This document shows positions 17,441 through 27,003 of a stretch of 45,238 nucleotides of DNA, piece by piece. Origin of the DNA: Kiritimatiellia bacterium (GTDB taxonomy: Bacteria > Verrucomicrobiota > Kiritimatiellia > RFP12 > UBA1067); contig JAFXST010000010.1 in the NCBI GenBank assembly GCA_017525475.1, positions 1 through 45,238 of the forward strand. Direction: 5' to 3'. Position 1 is the stretch's first letter. Every line of letters starts with the position of its first letter. The notes beneath the pieces are model-generated. The model had not been told where the DNA came from, did not search any database, and worked only from the letters and a program-made list of their open reading frames with translations. The translations under genes and the position numbers were made by a program.

Positions 17441-18178
17441 TTACCTCCCATACGGCGGGGGCGAAACCCGCGCCTCGAAATCCGCCTGCGTCCACGGGCG
17501 ATAGCGTTCTTCGTCCACCGCCGCCAGATATTCGCGGTACCCTTCTTGCCAGATCATGTAGGCGATGATGATACGCACGAAGCCCCAGCTGCCGCCGCCC
17601 AAAATGGCGCCAAGTCCCGAGAAACCCAGATAGATGGCAAAAACGCGCCCCACCCACATGGCGATTTTGGTGGCCTTGACGCGCGAATAGAAAATGCGCA
17701 TCACCGACCGGAAGATCCGCCCGCCGTCCATGGGGAAGCCGGGTAAGAGATTGAACGCGCCGAGCATCACGTTCATCCAGAAAAACCAGTTGAGCATCGA
17801 GGCCAGCCATATATTGGTGACCGGAATGCCCAGGATATCCACGAGCAGCACCATGAACGCGAGCAAAAAGCTTACCGCCGGGCCTGCGATGGCCGTCAAG
17901 AACTCCTTCCACGCCGTGCGCGGGAGCGCAATCAAGCTTGCACATCCCCCGAGGAGAGAAATCGTGATGTCGCGCGTCTTGTAGCCGAAGGCGGCCGCCG
18001 TCAAGGCATGGCCGAGCTCGTGCGCCACGATCGACACGGCGAGCATCAGCGCCCCCGCCACCCCCAGCGACAGCGAGTGCGCGTTGAGCGCCATGATGAG
18101 GAGGAGAAAGAGGAAGCTGGACTCCACGAAAATCGGGATTCCGAATACCTCCATAAGCCGATATCTGCCGTTAAACAT
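17441..18178 (-). CDS. Site-2 protease (M50 family)
   Basis: HELGH, IAGPAVS, FNLLPGFPMDGGR. Confidence 0.95.
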   Translation of the reverse strand: MFNGRYRLMEVFGIPIFVESSFLFLLLIMALNAHSLSLGVAGALMLAVSIVAHELGHALTAAAFGYKTRDITISLLGGCASLIALPRTAWKEFLTAIAGPAVSFLLAFMVLLVDILGIPVTNIWLASMLNWFFWMNVMLGAFNLLPGFPMDGGRIFRSVMRIFYSRVKATKIAMWVGRVFAIYLGFSGLGAILGGGSWGFVRIIIAYMIWQEGYREYLAAVDEERYRPWTQADFEARVSPPPYGR

Positions 18179-19490
18179 TTTGGGCGGTCTTGCTCAAACG
18201 CGCAATGGTCGTTTCCTTGCCCAGGAGCTCCAGCATCTCGAAGAGCCCCGGCCCCTCGGTGCGGCCGCTCACTGCCACCCGGATGGGATGCACCCACGGG
18301 CCCATGCCGTTGCCCTGGCTGAGTTCCTTGACCATGGCCTCGAGCACGGGCGCGGTCCAATCGGCGATTGCCTCGAAACGAGGAATGAGGTCGAGGAGAA
18401 TTTCCTTGACGCCGGGCTTGGCGAGGCGCTTTTCGACCGCCTTGGGGTCGATTGGATAGTCCTCGGTGAAGAAGTAGACAAGCGAAGTGGCCAGGTCCTT
18501 CAAGAACTTGGTGCGCGGCTGGATCTGCGCGATCAGCAGGTTCCACCACGCTTCGCTCTTGGCGGCGGCGATGGCCGCCTGCTCCGGCGGGAGCGCGCGC
18601 AGAATCTCGTCCTGGAACACGGCGGGCGGGATCTGCTTGATGTATTCGCCGTTCATCCACGCGAGCTTCTTGGGGTCGAACATGGCGGCCGTAACGTGCA
18701 CCTTTTCGAGTTCGAAGAGGCGGATCATCTCCTCCTTGGTCAGCACTTCGCGGTCGTCTCCCGGGTTCCAGCCGAGGAGCAGCAAATAGTTGAACAGCGC
18801 CTCCGGCAGATACCCCGCCTCGCGATATTCGCCCACGAACGCCGCGCCGTCGCGCTTGGAGTAGGGCTTGCCCTGCTGGTTGACGATCATCGAGAGATGC
18901 CCGTACTTGGGGATGGGCGCGCCCAGCGCCTTGAAGATCTCGATATGCTTGAAGGTGTTCTCCACGTGGTCGTCGCCGCGGATGATGTGGGTGATGCGCT
19001 GGTCGATATCGTCCACCACGTTGGCGATATGGAAAATGGGCGAGCCGTCGCTGCGGACGATGGCGAAGTCCTGGATGTCCTCCGCCTTCTTGGCCATGTG
19101 CCCCTTGACGATATCGTCGAACTCGATCGTGCCCTCCTTGGGCATGCGGAACATGGTGACGATGCCGGTCTTGCCGTCGCGCGAAGTCTTTTCCACCTCG
19201 TAGGCGCGGCCGATGCGCTTTAGTTCCTCCACCGCCTCCAAGTGGCGCTTGACGTTCTTGGTCTGGTAGAACACCTCTTCGTCGTAGTCGAGCCCCAGCC
19301 ACTCCATGCACTCGAACAGCACCTGGATGGCCTCGGGCGTGGACCGCTCGAGATCGGTATCCTCCACGCGCAGCAGAAACTTGCCGCCGGTATGGCGGGC
19401 GAACAGCCAGTTGTAGATGGCCGCCCGGATATTGCCGATATGCACCTTGCCGGTGGGCGAAGGCGCAAAACGCACTCTGATGTCAGACAT
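18171..19490 (-). CDS. gltX: Glutamate--tRNA ligase
   Basis: RFAPSPTG.HIGN, RVEDTD, IRGDDH, PYSKRDG. Confidence 0.96.
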   Translation of the reverse strand: MSDIRVRFAPSPTGKVHIGNIRAAIYNWLFARHTGGKFLLRVEDTDLERSTPEAIQVLFECMEWLGLDYDEEVFYQTKNVKRHLEAVEELKRIGRAYEVEKTSRDGKTGIVTMFRMPKEGTIEFDDIVKGHMAKKAEDIQDFAIVRSDGSPIFHIANVVDDIDQRITHIIRGDDHVENTFKHIEIFKALGAPIPKYGHLSMIVNQQGKPYSKRDGAAFVGEYREAGYLPEALFNYLLLLGWNPGDDREVLTKEEMIRLFELEKVHVTAAMFDPKKLAWMNGEYIKQIPPAVFQDEILRALPPEQAAIAAAKSEAWWNLLIAQIQPRTKFLKDLATSLVYFFTEDYPIDPKAVEKRLAKPGVKEILLDLIPRFEAIADWTAPVLEAMVKELSQGNGMGPWVHPIRVAVSGRTEGPGLFEMLELLGKETTIARLSKTAQNV

Positions 19491-20808
19491 TTTCCAATAT
19501 TCTCCTGGCCCATTCGCGGGCCTTGCCGAATTGATTGAAGCCGTACGATTCGTTGGGGCTGTGGATGCGGTCTTCTGCCTGGCCCCACCCCACGATCAAA
19601 GGCGCGGCGCCGCTGACTTCCTTGAGCACCGACACCACCGGGATCGAGGCGCCGTCCCACTGGAACACCGCGCCGCGAGCGTCCATGCCGTCGAGCACCT
19701 CCTCGGCCAAGCGGAACACCGGCGAAGCAAGCGGCAGGCGGAAGCCCCCCGCCCCCTCGGCCTGTTCGGGGATGTCCAGGACCATGCCCTTGGGGAGGTG
19801 CGCCTCCAAATGCGCCTTGACGCACTCGAACGCGCGCCGGGGCGATTGACCCGGCACCAGCCGCATCGAAATCTTGGCGATGGCCTCGGCCGGAATGATC
19901 GTCTTGCTCCCCGGCCCGCCGTAGCCCGAATGGACGCCGTTGATCTCGATGGTGGGCTCGAAACCGTTCTTGCGGGCGATTTCGCGCGTGGCGGCCTTGG
20001 TGCCGATATCGCGCTCCAGCGCCTCTACCGTAACCGCCGACTTTTCCGCCGCCTCGAGTTCGTCCGCCGTGGGCGCTTCGATGCCGTCCATAAACCCGGC
20101 CACCGCGATATTGCCCTCGTCGTCGTGGAGACTCGCCAAGAGTTTGGCCATCGCCTGGGCGGGATTGGGGGCGATGCCGCCGTACTCGCCCGAGTGGAGA
20201 TCGCGGTTGGGGCCTTTGAGGCGCACGGTAAAATGGCCTACGCCACGCAGCCCCGCCACGATGGCCGGGCGCAGATCCGCCGCCGCCGAAGTGTCGCATA
20301 CGAGCAAGATGTCGGCCGCCAGCTCCTTGCGCAGTTCCGGCGCGCACTTGATGAGCGCGGGCGAACCGCTCTCCTCCTGGCCTTCGATGCAAAGCTTGAT
20401 GGTGGGGGTGGGCGCGCCCTTAACTTTTTGCCGGTCGAGATAGTCGCCGATTCCCGTGAGTAGCGCAAAGAGCTGCCCCTTGTCGTCCTGCGCGCCGCGG
20501 CAGTAGACGCGGCCGTCCTTGACCGTGGGTTCGAAAGGCGGCGTTTCCCATGCCTCCAGCGGATCGGCCGGCTGCACATCGTAGTGGCCGTACACGAGCA
20601 CGGCGGCCGGGTTTTCGCCCTTGAGCTCCGCCAAAAGAATCGGCGGGGCGAAGTCTCGGGTCTCAAGCCGCGCCGTAAAGCCCATCTCCTCCACCTGGCT
20701 CTTGAGCCACATGGCGGCCGCGCAACATTCCTTGAGCTTGCCCTGATCGGACGACACCGAAGGAATCCGCAAAAACTCGAAGTACCGGCTTTGGACTGCG
20801 CTTTCCAT
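19483..20808 (-). CDS. M20/M25/M40 family dipeptidase
   Basis: YGHYDVQP, RGAQDDKGQ, EGQEESGS, DLHSG, IHSPNE. Confidence 0.93.
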   Translation of the reverse strand: MESAVQSRYFEFLRIPSVSSDQGKLKECCAAAMWLKSQVEEMGFTARLETRDFAPPILLAELKGENPAAVLVYGHYDVQPADPLEAWETPPFEPTVKDGRVYCRGAQDDKGQLFALLTGIGDYLDRQKVKGAPTPTIKLCIEGQEESGSPALIKCAPELRKELAADILLVCDTSAAADLRPAIVAGLRGVGHFTVRLKGPNRDLHSGEYGGIAPNPAQAMAKLLASLHDDEGNIAVAGFMDGIEAPTADELEAAEKSAVTVEALERDIGTKAATREIARKNGFEPTIEINGVHSGYGGPGSKTIIPAEAIAKISMRLVPGQSPRRAFECVKAHLEAHLPKGMVLDIPEQAEGAGGFRLPLASPVFRLAEEVLDGMDARGAVFQWDGASIPVVSVLKEVSGAAPLIVGWGQAEDRIHSPNESYGFNQFGKAREWARRILENV

Positions 20809-20814
20809 GGCGAT

Positions 20815-22263
20815 TTAGGCCTTTTTCATCTGCGGGAACAGCACCACGTCGCGGATGCCGTCGCACCCGGTAAGCAACATCACCAACCGGTCGACGCCAA
20901 AGCCCAGCCCGCCGGTGGGCGGCATGCCGCACTCCAGCGCCGAAATGAAGTCTTCGTCCACCTTCTCGGTGTCTTCGCCCGCCTGATGCTCCAGCGCCTT
21001 GCGCTGTTCGATGGGGTTGTTCTGCTCGGTGTAGCCCGGGCAAAGTTCGCGCCCGGCCACCACGAACTCGAACACGTCCACGAGCGACGGATCGTCGGGG
21101 CACGCCTTGGCGAGCGGCACGAACTCGTGCGGCAGGCGCGTTACGAACGTAGGCTGCCGCAAGCCCTTTTCGATGATCTTGTCGTAGATTTCGTGCGTGA
21201 GCATGAGCTCGGTATCGACCCCGTCGAGCTCGAGATTCACGTCGCGCGCTTTGGCCAGTTCCTTGGCCTTGGCGAGCTGCACGTCGAAGTTAAGCTCGAA
21301 CCAGTCGTCGCCCATCAGCTCCTTGACGAGATCGCGGTAGGCCACGCGACGATAGGGCGGCGTAAAGTCGATGATCTCCTTGTTCTCGCCGTACTCGATC
21401 TGCCGCTTGCCCACTACCGTATCGCACAGGTGCGGCAGGAGACCTTCCATAATATCCTCCATGCTCGTCCTGTCGCCATACGCCTCGTAGATTTCGCACA
21501 CTGTGAACTCGGGGTTGTGGCTGCGGTCGATACCTTCGTTGCGGAAGTCCTTGCCGAGCTCGAACACCTTGTTCATGCCGCCCACGATGAGCCGCTTGAG
21601 ATAGAGCTCGGGCGCGATGCGCAGCACCATCTTCTGATCGAGCGCGTTGAAATGCGTCTCGAACGGCTTGGCCGCCGCACCGCCCGCCTGGCCCTGCAAA
21701 ATGGGCGTTTCCACCTCGTAGAAGCCCCGGTCCCACAGATACTTGCGCGTCTCGCGGATGATGTCCGAACGCATGAAGAAGCGGTTGCGGCTCTCCTCGT
21801 TGGTCATCAGATCCACATAGCGACGGCGGTACTTCTCCTCCTGATCGGCGAGGCCGTGGAACTTCTCGGGCGGCTGCTCCAGCGCCTTGGCGAGCATAGT
21901 CCACTCTTTGCAGATTACCGACTTTTCGCCCTTCTGGGTCGTAAAGAGCGTTCCCTCCACGCCGATGATGTCGCCCAGGTTCAGCTGCTTGAAGGCGGCG
22001 AACTGCGTTTCGGAGAGCTCGTCGCGCTTGAAGATCAATTGGAAACGCCCGGTGCCGTCGTCGATGGTGGCAAAGTTCATCTTGCCCATCTTGCGGATCA
22101 TCATCAGCCGCCCGGCCACGCGCGCCTCAGCGCCCTCGACGAACGTCTGGCGCAGAACTTTAAGGTCCGTATGCTCGTACTTGCGCCCGTAGGGCTCGAA
22201 GCCGAGCTCGCGCAGTTTGCCGAGGCTCTGGAGGCGCTGCTCGCGGTATTCGTTAGTTTCCAT
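20815..22263 (-). CDS. lysS: Lysine--tRNA ligase (class II)
   Basis: YRRRYVDL, LRIAPELYLKRL, FRNEG..HNPEF, GMPPTGGLG.GVDRL. Confidence 0.98.
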   Translation of the reverse strand: METNEYREQRLQSLGKLRELGFEPYGRKYEHTDLKVLRQTFVEGAEARVAGRLMMIRKMGKMNFATIDDGTGRFQLIFKRDELSETQFAAFKQLNLGDIIGVEGTLFTTQKGEKSVICKEWTMLAKALEQPPEKFHGLADQEEKYRRRYVDLMTNEESRNRFFMRSDIIRETRKYLWDRGFYEVETPILQGQAGGAAAKPFETHFNALDQKMVLRIAPELYLKRLIVGGMNKVFELGKDFRNEGIDRSHNPEFTVCEIYEAYGDRTSMEDIMEGLLPHLCDTVVGKRQIEYGENKEIIDFTPPYRRVAYRDLVKELMGDDWFELNFDVQLAKAKELAKARDVNLELDGVDTELMLTHEIYDKIIEKGLRQPTFVTRLPHEFVPLAKACPDDPSLVDVFEFVVAGRELCPGYTEQNNPIEQRKALEHQAGEDTEKVDEDFISALECGMPPTGGLGFGVDRLVMLLTGCDGIRDVVLFPQMKKA

Positions 22264-23446
22264 ACACGTTGTCGAGCGCGTCCGAAATCATGTCGATGGC
22301 CTCTTCGAGGTCGTCCTCCTTCAGCACCAGCGGCGGCAGGAACCGGACCACGTTGGGGCCGGCCGTAAGCGCCAAGAGACCCATCTCCTTGAGCGCGTCC
22401 ACCAATACCTTGGCGTCGCCGTCCACCACCAGGCCCACCATCATGCCCTTGCCGCGCACTTCGAGGAGCTGGTCGTAAGCATCCACCTTCTCCTGCAACG
22501 CCTCGATCAAGAGCCGCCCCATCTCGGCCGCCTTCTGCGGCAGATTGTTCTTTTCGGTAAAGCCGATCACCGCCAGCGCCGCCGACGCGGCCACCGGATT
22601 GCCGCCGAAGGTCGAAGCGTGGCTCGAAGCCGTAAACACGTCGGCCACCTTGGCGCTGCCGACGAGCGCGCCCATGGGGAGGCCCCCTGCCAGCGCCTTG
22701 GCGAGCGTGAACATATCGGGCTGGACGCCGTAACCCTGCCAGGCGAACATGGTGCCGGTGCGGCCCATGCCGGTCTGCACCTCGTCAACGATCATGAGCA
22801 GGTCCTTCTCGTCGCAGAGCGCGCGCACGCCCTCCATGAATTCCTGCGTGGCGGGATTGACGCCGCCCTCGCCCTGCACCGCCTCGAGCATGATGGCCAC
22901 CGTCTTGTCGGTGATGGCCGCCTTGACGCTCTCGAGGTCGTTGAAATCGGCGTAGGCAAAGCCGACCGGGAGCGGATCGTAACCCTCCTGGCACCACGCC
23001 TGGCCGGTGGCCGCCAGCGTGGCCAGCGTGCGGCCGTGGAAGCCGTTCTTCATCGTCACCACCTCGTAGCGGCCGGTGGCGCTGCCGTACTTGCGCGCCA
23101 GCTTGATGGCCGCCTCATTGGCCTCCGCGCCCGAATTGGCGAAGAACACCTTGCCGCCCAGGCCCGAGAGCTCCACCAGCTTCTTGGCGAGCGCGGTCTG
23201 CGGCACGTTGGCGAACAGGTTGGAGGCGTGGGTAAGCTGCGCGGCCTGTTTGGCGATGGCCTCGGCGATGGCGGGGTTGCCGTAGCCGCAGGTATGCACG
23301 CCGATGCCGGAGGTAAAGTCGTAGTATTTGCGCCCGTCCACGTCGGCCACCGTCACGCCTTTGCCCGAATACAGCACCAGCGAGGGCGTGTAGGTAGGCA
23401 TGACCACGCCGTTATAGATATCGATTACGTCAGCATTTTTGCTCAT
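22253..23446 (-). CDS. argD: Acetylornithine aminotransferase
   Basis: NSGAEANEAAIKLAR, FHGRT, DEVQTGMGRTG, STFGGNP; adjacent to argB. Confidence 0.94.
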   Translation of the reverse strand: MSKNADVIDIYNGVVMPTYTPSLVLYSGKGVTVADVDGRKYYDFTSGIGVHTCGYGNPAIAEAIAKQAAQLTHASNLFANVPQTALAKKLVELSGLGGKVFFANSGAEANEAAIKLARKYGSATGRYEVVTMKNGFHGRTLATLAATGQAWCQEGYDPLPVGFAYADFNDLESVKAAITDKTVAIMLEAVQGEGGVNPATQEFMEGVRALCDEKDLLMIVDEVQTGMGRTGTMFAWQGYGVQPDMFTLAKALAGGLPMGALVGSAKVADVFTASSHASTFGGNPVAASAALAVIGFTEKNNLPQKAAEMGRLLIEALQEKVDAYDQLLEVRGKGMMVGLVVDGDAKVLVDALKEMGLLALTAGPNVVRFLPPLVLKEDDLEEAIDMISDALDNVYGN

Positions 23447-24303
23447 TCCGTTATCTCCGTTCCCACGCCTTCACGCGTGAATATTTCCAGGATCAGCGAG
23501 TGGGCCATGCGGCCGTCCACCAGGTGCACCTTGCGGACGCCGGCGCGCAGCGCCTCCTCGCAACTTTCGATTTTGGGAAGCATGCCCCCCGAGATGGTCC
23601 CGTCGGCCTTCAGTTTTGCGGTATCCTCGAGCTTCAGGGAAGAAATCAGCGTAGCGGCGTCGGCCGGATCGCCCAACAACCCCGGCACGTCCGAAACCAG
23701 CGCGAACTTGCGCACTTTGAGCGCCTTGGCCAGCGCTGCGGCGGCGATATCGGCATTGACGTTGTAGAGATGGTGGTCGTCGCGCCCGGTGGCCACCGGC
23801 GTAATGACCGGCACGATGCCGGCGTCCAGCATTTCGTTGACGGGCCGGACGTCGATGCCGGTCACCCGCCCCACATAGCCCCGGTCGGGTTCGGTTATCC
23901 GCTCGGCGGCGAAAATCCAGTTGCCGTGCAGAGGCCGGGCGTTGGTGCCGGTAGCTTGCAGGCGGGCGATGATATCGGGGTTCACCACGTTGTTGAGCGT
24001 GCGGCGCACGATTTCCATGGTGTTTTCGTCGGTTACCCGCTGGCCGTCCACGAACTCGGGCACGTTCCCCGACTCCTTGATGGCCTTCGAAATCGCCTTG
24101 CCGCCGCCGTGCAAAACCACCACTTTGATGCCTACGGCCCGCAAAAAGGCGATATCGTTGATGACGCTCGACAGGTTCTCCTCGATCTCCATCACCGAAC
24201 CGCCAAGTTTCACGAGCACCACCGAGCCCTTGAAATCCTGTATATATGGCAACGCCTCCGTCAAGACGGCGGCCTTGGCCATCGCTATCGACACTTTATC
24301 CAT
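23443..24303 (-). CDS. argB: Acetylglutamate kinase
   Basis: EALPYI, VKLGG, HGGG, RVTD, YNVNAD, GGMLPK. Confidence 0.96.
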   Translation of the reverse strand: MDKVSIAMAKAAVLTEALPYIQDFKGSVVLVKLGGSVMEIEENLSSVINDIAFLRAVGIKVVVLHGGGKAISKAIKESGNVPEFVDGQRVTDENTMEIVRRTLNNVVNPDIIARLQATGTNARPLHGNWIFAAERITEPDRGYVGRVTGIDVRPVNEMLDAGIVPVITPVATGRDDHHLYNVNADIAAAALAKALKVRKFALVSDVPGLLGDPADAATLISSLKLEDTAKLKADGTISGGMLPKIESCEEALRAGVRKVHLVDGRMAHSLILEIFTREGVGTEITE

Positions 24304-24314
24304 ATTGAAGTGGT

Positions 24315-24343
24315 ATTATATCAAAAATCGCCGCCGATTTCAA
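24315..24343 (-). promoter_or_regulatory. sigma70 promoter of argB operon, very short leader
   Basis: TTGAAA-17-TATAAT, 11 nt from -10 to ATG, no SD. Confidence 0.75.
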
Positions 24344-24462
24344 CCCCAAACTTCATAAATCGCACTTTTCTCCCCGCTCGACGGATCAAGAGCTGGGTTA
24401 TCGCTGGCTAGCTTGTCAATACCGTGCCAGGCAAAAAATGCAAAAGCAAGAGGACCGTTTTG

Positions 24463-24585
24463 CTAGGGCTCTAGTGACGGCGCCAGAGCGGCGAAGGTGG
24501 CCTCGGCGATGAGGCGCGCGCCCTCGGCGTCGGGGTGGATCTTGTCTTTGGCGAGGATCCGCTCCGCCTTGGCCGCGAGCGGCGA
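24463..24585 (-). pseudogene. C-terminal remnant of an SGNH/GDSL hydrolase
   Basis: SPLAAKAERILAKDKIHPDAEGARLIAEATFAALAPSLEP* contains the DxxHP..G..IA block; no start codon of its own. Confidence 0.65.
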
Positions 24586-25419
24586 CTACCGCAGCGAGCG
24601 CAAGGCCGGATCGAGGCGATCGCGCAGATAGTCGGCCAAATGGTTGAAAGCGAGCACCAACAGGAAGATGCAGAGCGTGGTGAACGCCATTTCCCACCAG
24701 ATGCCCTGCCAGAGCCGGAGCCGCGCGTTGTTGATCATGACGCCCCAGCTGGGTTCGCCCTGGATGCCGATGCCGAGGAACGAAATGAAGACTTCGGTGG
24801 AGACGGCCGAGGGGAAGCGGATCGAAAGCTGGATGAGGACGATATGCGCCACGTTGGGGAGGATGTGGCGGAACATGATGCGCAGGTGCGAATAGCCGAG
24901 GATCCGGGCCGCCTGCACGTAGGCGCGCGACTTGTGCTTGATGACTTCGGCCCGCACGGTGCGGCAGACGCCCACCCAGGTGGTGAACCCCACGCCCATG
25001 ACGATGCCGAGCATCCCCTGGCCGAACACGAGCGAAATGGCGAGGATGAAAAGGAGCCCCGGCATCGAGGCCACCGTGGCGCAAAGCCAGAGGACGATGG
25101 AGTCGGTCTTGCCGCCGAAGTAGCCGCCCGCGAGCCCCAAAAGGACGCCGAGCGGAATGGCGATACAGCTCGTGAGCACGCCCACCACGAAGGCGATGCG
25201 CGCGCCCTGCACGAGCCTCAGCGACACCGGGCGGCCGAGATTGTCGGTGCCCAGCCAATGTTCCGCCGAGGGCGGCAAATACCGCTGCGACGTATCCACC
25301 CGGTTGTAGGCGGGCGTTTCGTCGCGGAATTGCGCCACGCGATACTGCACCTCGCCGTAGACGGCGGCGAGGAGAAAGGCGAGGAGAACGCCGAGCGCGA
25401 GTTTAACGGACGGCTTCAA
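24586..25419 (-). CDS. oppC: Peptide ABC transporter permease (OppC/DppC)
   Basis: PPSAEHWLGTDNLGR, GARI, YVQAARILG..RHILPN, SFLGIG..PSWG. Confidence 0.93.
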   Translation of the reverse strand: MKPSVKLALGVLLAFLLAAVYGEVQYRVAQFRDETPAYNRVDTSQRYLPPSAEHWLGTDNLGRPVSLRLVQGARIAFVVGVLTSCIAIPLGVLLGLAGGYFGGKTDSIVLWLCATVASMPGLLFILAISLVFGQGMLGIVMGVGFTTWVGVCRTVRAEVIKHKSRAYVQAARILGYSHLRIMFRHILPNVAHIVLIQLSIRFPSAVSTEVFISFLGIGIQGEPSWGVMINNARLRLWQGIWWEMAFTTLCIFLLVLAFNHLADYLRDRLDPALRSLR

Positions 25420-26062
25420 GGACGAGCCCCACCACCTGTTCGAGCGTGAGGTCGGAAGAGTCGATTTCGGTTACGCCGTCGGCCTTCTTGAGCGGGGCGT
25501 ATTTGCGGGTGGAATCGATCCGGTCGCGGGCGAGAAGCGAGGCCTTGACCGCCTCCTCCGACTGGTTGGCGATGCCCTTCTCGACCTCCTCCTTTTGGCG
25601 CCGGCGCGCGCGCGCCTCGGCCGAGGCGGTGAGATAGAAGCGGTAGGGCGAATCGGGGAAGACGGCGGTGGTGATATCGCGCCCTTCCACCACGAGATCG
25701 CCGAACTTGACGAGCGAACGCAAAAGCGCGGTTACGGCGTCGCGCACTTCCTTGACGGTGGCCACCTGCGACGCGTGGGCGTTGATCTCGGGCGTGCGGA
25801 TGCGGTTGCCGGGGAGTTCGCCGCCGACATAGTAGACGATGGCGCCATGCTCGGGGCGGCACTCGATGGTTACCTTGGGCGCGAACGCGGCCACGGCGGC
25901 GGGATTGGCGGTGTCGACGCCCTTGACGAGCGCCTGCCAGGTGTAGATGCGGTAGAGCGCGCCCGAATCCACGTGCAGCATCTGGAGGCGCTCGCCCACG
26001 AGGCGCGAAACCGAAGACTTGCCGGCGCCGGAGGGGCCGTCAATAGCGATGACTTTGCTCAT
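25403..26062 (-). CDS. cmk: Cytidylate kinase
   Basis: IAIDGPSGAGKSS, DSGALYR, VEGRDI..VFP, RD.IDSTR..APL. Confidence 0.96.
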   Translation of the reverse strand: MSKVIAIDGPSGAGKSSVSRLVGERLQMLHVDSGALYRIYTWQALVKGVDTANPAAVAAFAPKVTIECRPEHGAIVYYVGGELPGNRIRTPEINAHASQVATVKEVRDAVTALLRSLVKFGDLVVEGRDITTAVFPDSPYRFYLTASAEARARRRQKEEVEKGIANQSEEAVKASLLARDRIDSTRKYAPLKKADGVTEIDSSDLTLEQVVGLVLEAVR

Positions 26063-27003
26063 AGGATCTCCTGATAGATGGTCAAAGCGAGATAGGCCAA
26101 AAAGGTAAAGAGCCAGATGGTGCCTTCGAGGCGGGTGATTTTGCCGTTGCGCCCGAAGAGCGCGATCAGGATGGCGGCGACGATGGTGGCGGGGAGATCC
26201 CGGTCGAAGACGTTGTCCGAAAAACCGCGCGCGCCGTTGAAGCTGCTCGCGAGGCCCACCACCACCAAGAGGTTGAAGAGGTTGGAGCCGATGATATTGC
26301 CGAGCACGAACTCCGCTTCGCCGCGCCGGGCCGATTGGATGGCGGCGGCGAGCTCGGGGAGGGAAGTGCCGATGGCGATGACGGTAAGCCCGATCATCAG
26401 CTCGGAAACGCCCATCAGACGCGCGAGGTCGGCCGCGCCCTTGACGAGGAGCTGCGACGAGCCCACGAGCACCGCGAGCCCGATCGTCAGCTTGAGCGTC
26501 GCTTCGAGCGGGCGGAACGGATGGGCGCTCGCGGTTTCGCCGGCGGCCTGCTGGCGGCTGAAAAAGCAATAGACCGGGAACAATACCGCAAACGCGCCCA
26601 GGAGGATAAAGGCTTCGCAGCGGGCGATCTCGAGATCGTGCGCCAGCACCATCGACAGCACCCCGACGGCCGAGAGCACGAGGCCGGCGAACAGCGTGGC
26701 GCCGCGCTTGACGGTCAAGGTGCGGATAAAGGCGGTGACGCCCAAAATGGCGGTGATGTTGAAGACACAGCTGCCGTAGGCGTTGCCGAGCGAGAGGTTG
26801 GCGCGGTCGCTCAAACCCGCGATGAGGCTCACGCAAAGCTCGGGCGCCGACGTGCCGAAACCGATGATCACCATGCCGATGATGAACGGCGAGACTTTGA
26901 AGCGCCGCGCGAGCATGGCCGCGCCGTCCACGAAGGCGTCGGACGAGCGCTCCAGGAGCACCAGCCCCGCCAACACGTAGAAGATGGAAAGCGCCGCGGT
27001 CAT
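26059..27003 (-). CDS. Calcium/sodium antiporter (YrbG-like)
   Basis: Two alpha repeats: GTSAPEL..GNAYGS and GTSLPEL..GNIIGSNLFN. Confidence 0.93.
   Translation of the reverse strand: MTAALSIFYVLAGLVLLERSSDAFVDGAAMLARRFKVSPFIIGMVIIGFGTSAPELCVSLIAGLSDRANLSLGNAYGSCVFNITAILGVTAFIRTLTVKRGATLFAGLVLSAVGVLSMVLAHDLEIARCEAFILLGAFAVLFPVYCFFSRQQAAGETASAHPFRPLEATLKLTIGLAVLVGSSQLLVKGAADLARLMGVSELMIGLTVIAIGTSLPELAAAIQSARRGEAEFVLGNIIGSNLFNLLVVVGLASSFNGARGFSDNVFDRDLPATIVAAILIALFGRNGKITRLEGTIWLFTFLAYLALTIYQEIL

Noticed and set aside
24412-24430. sigma54 promoter-like TGGCACGGTATTGAC upstream of argB
   Set aside because: It fails the GG-N10-GC spacing, and a good sigma70 promoter lies closer to argB
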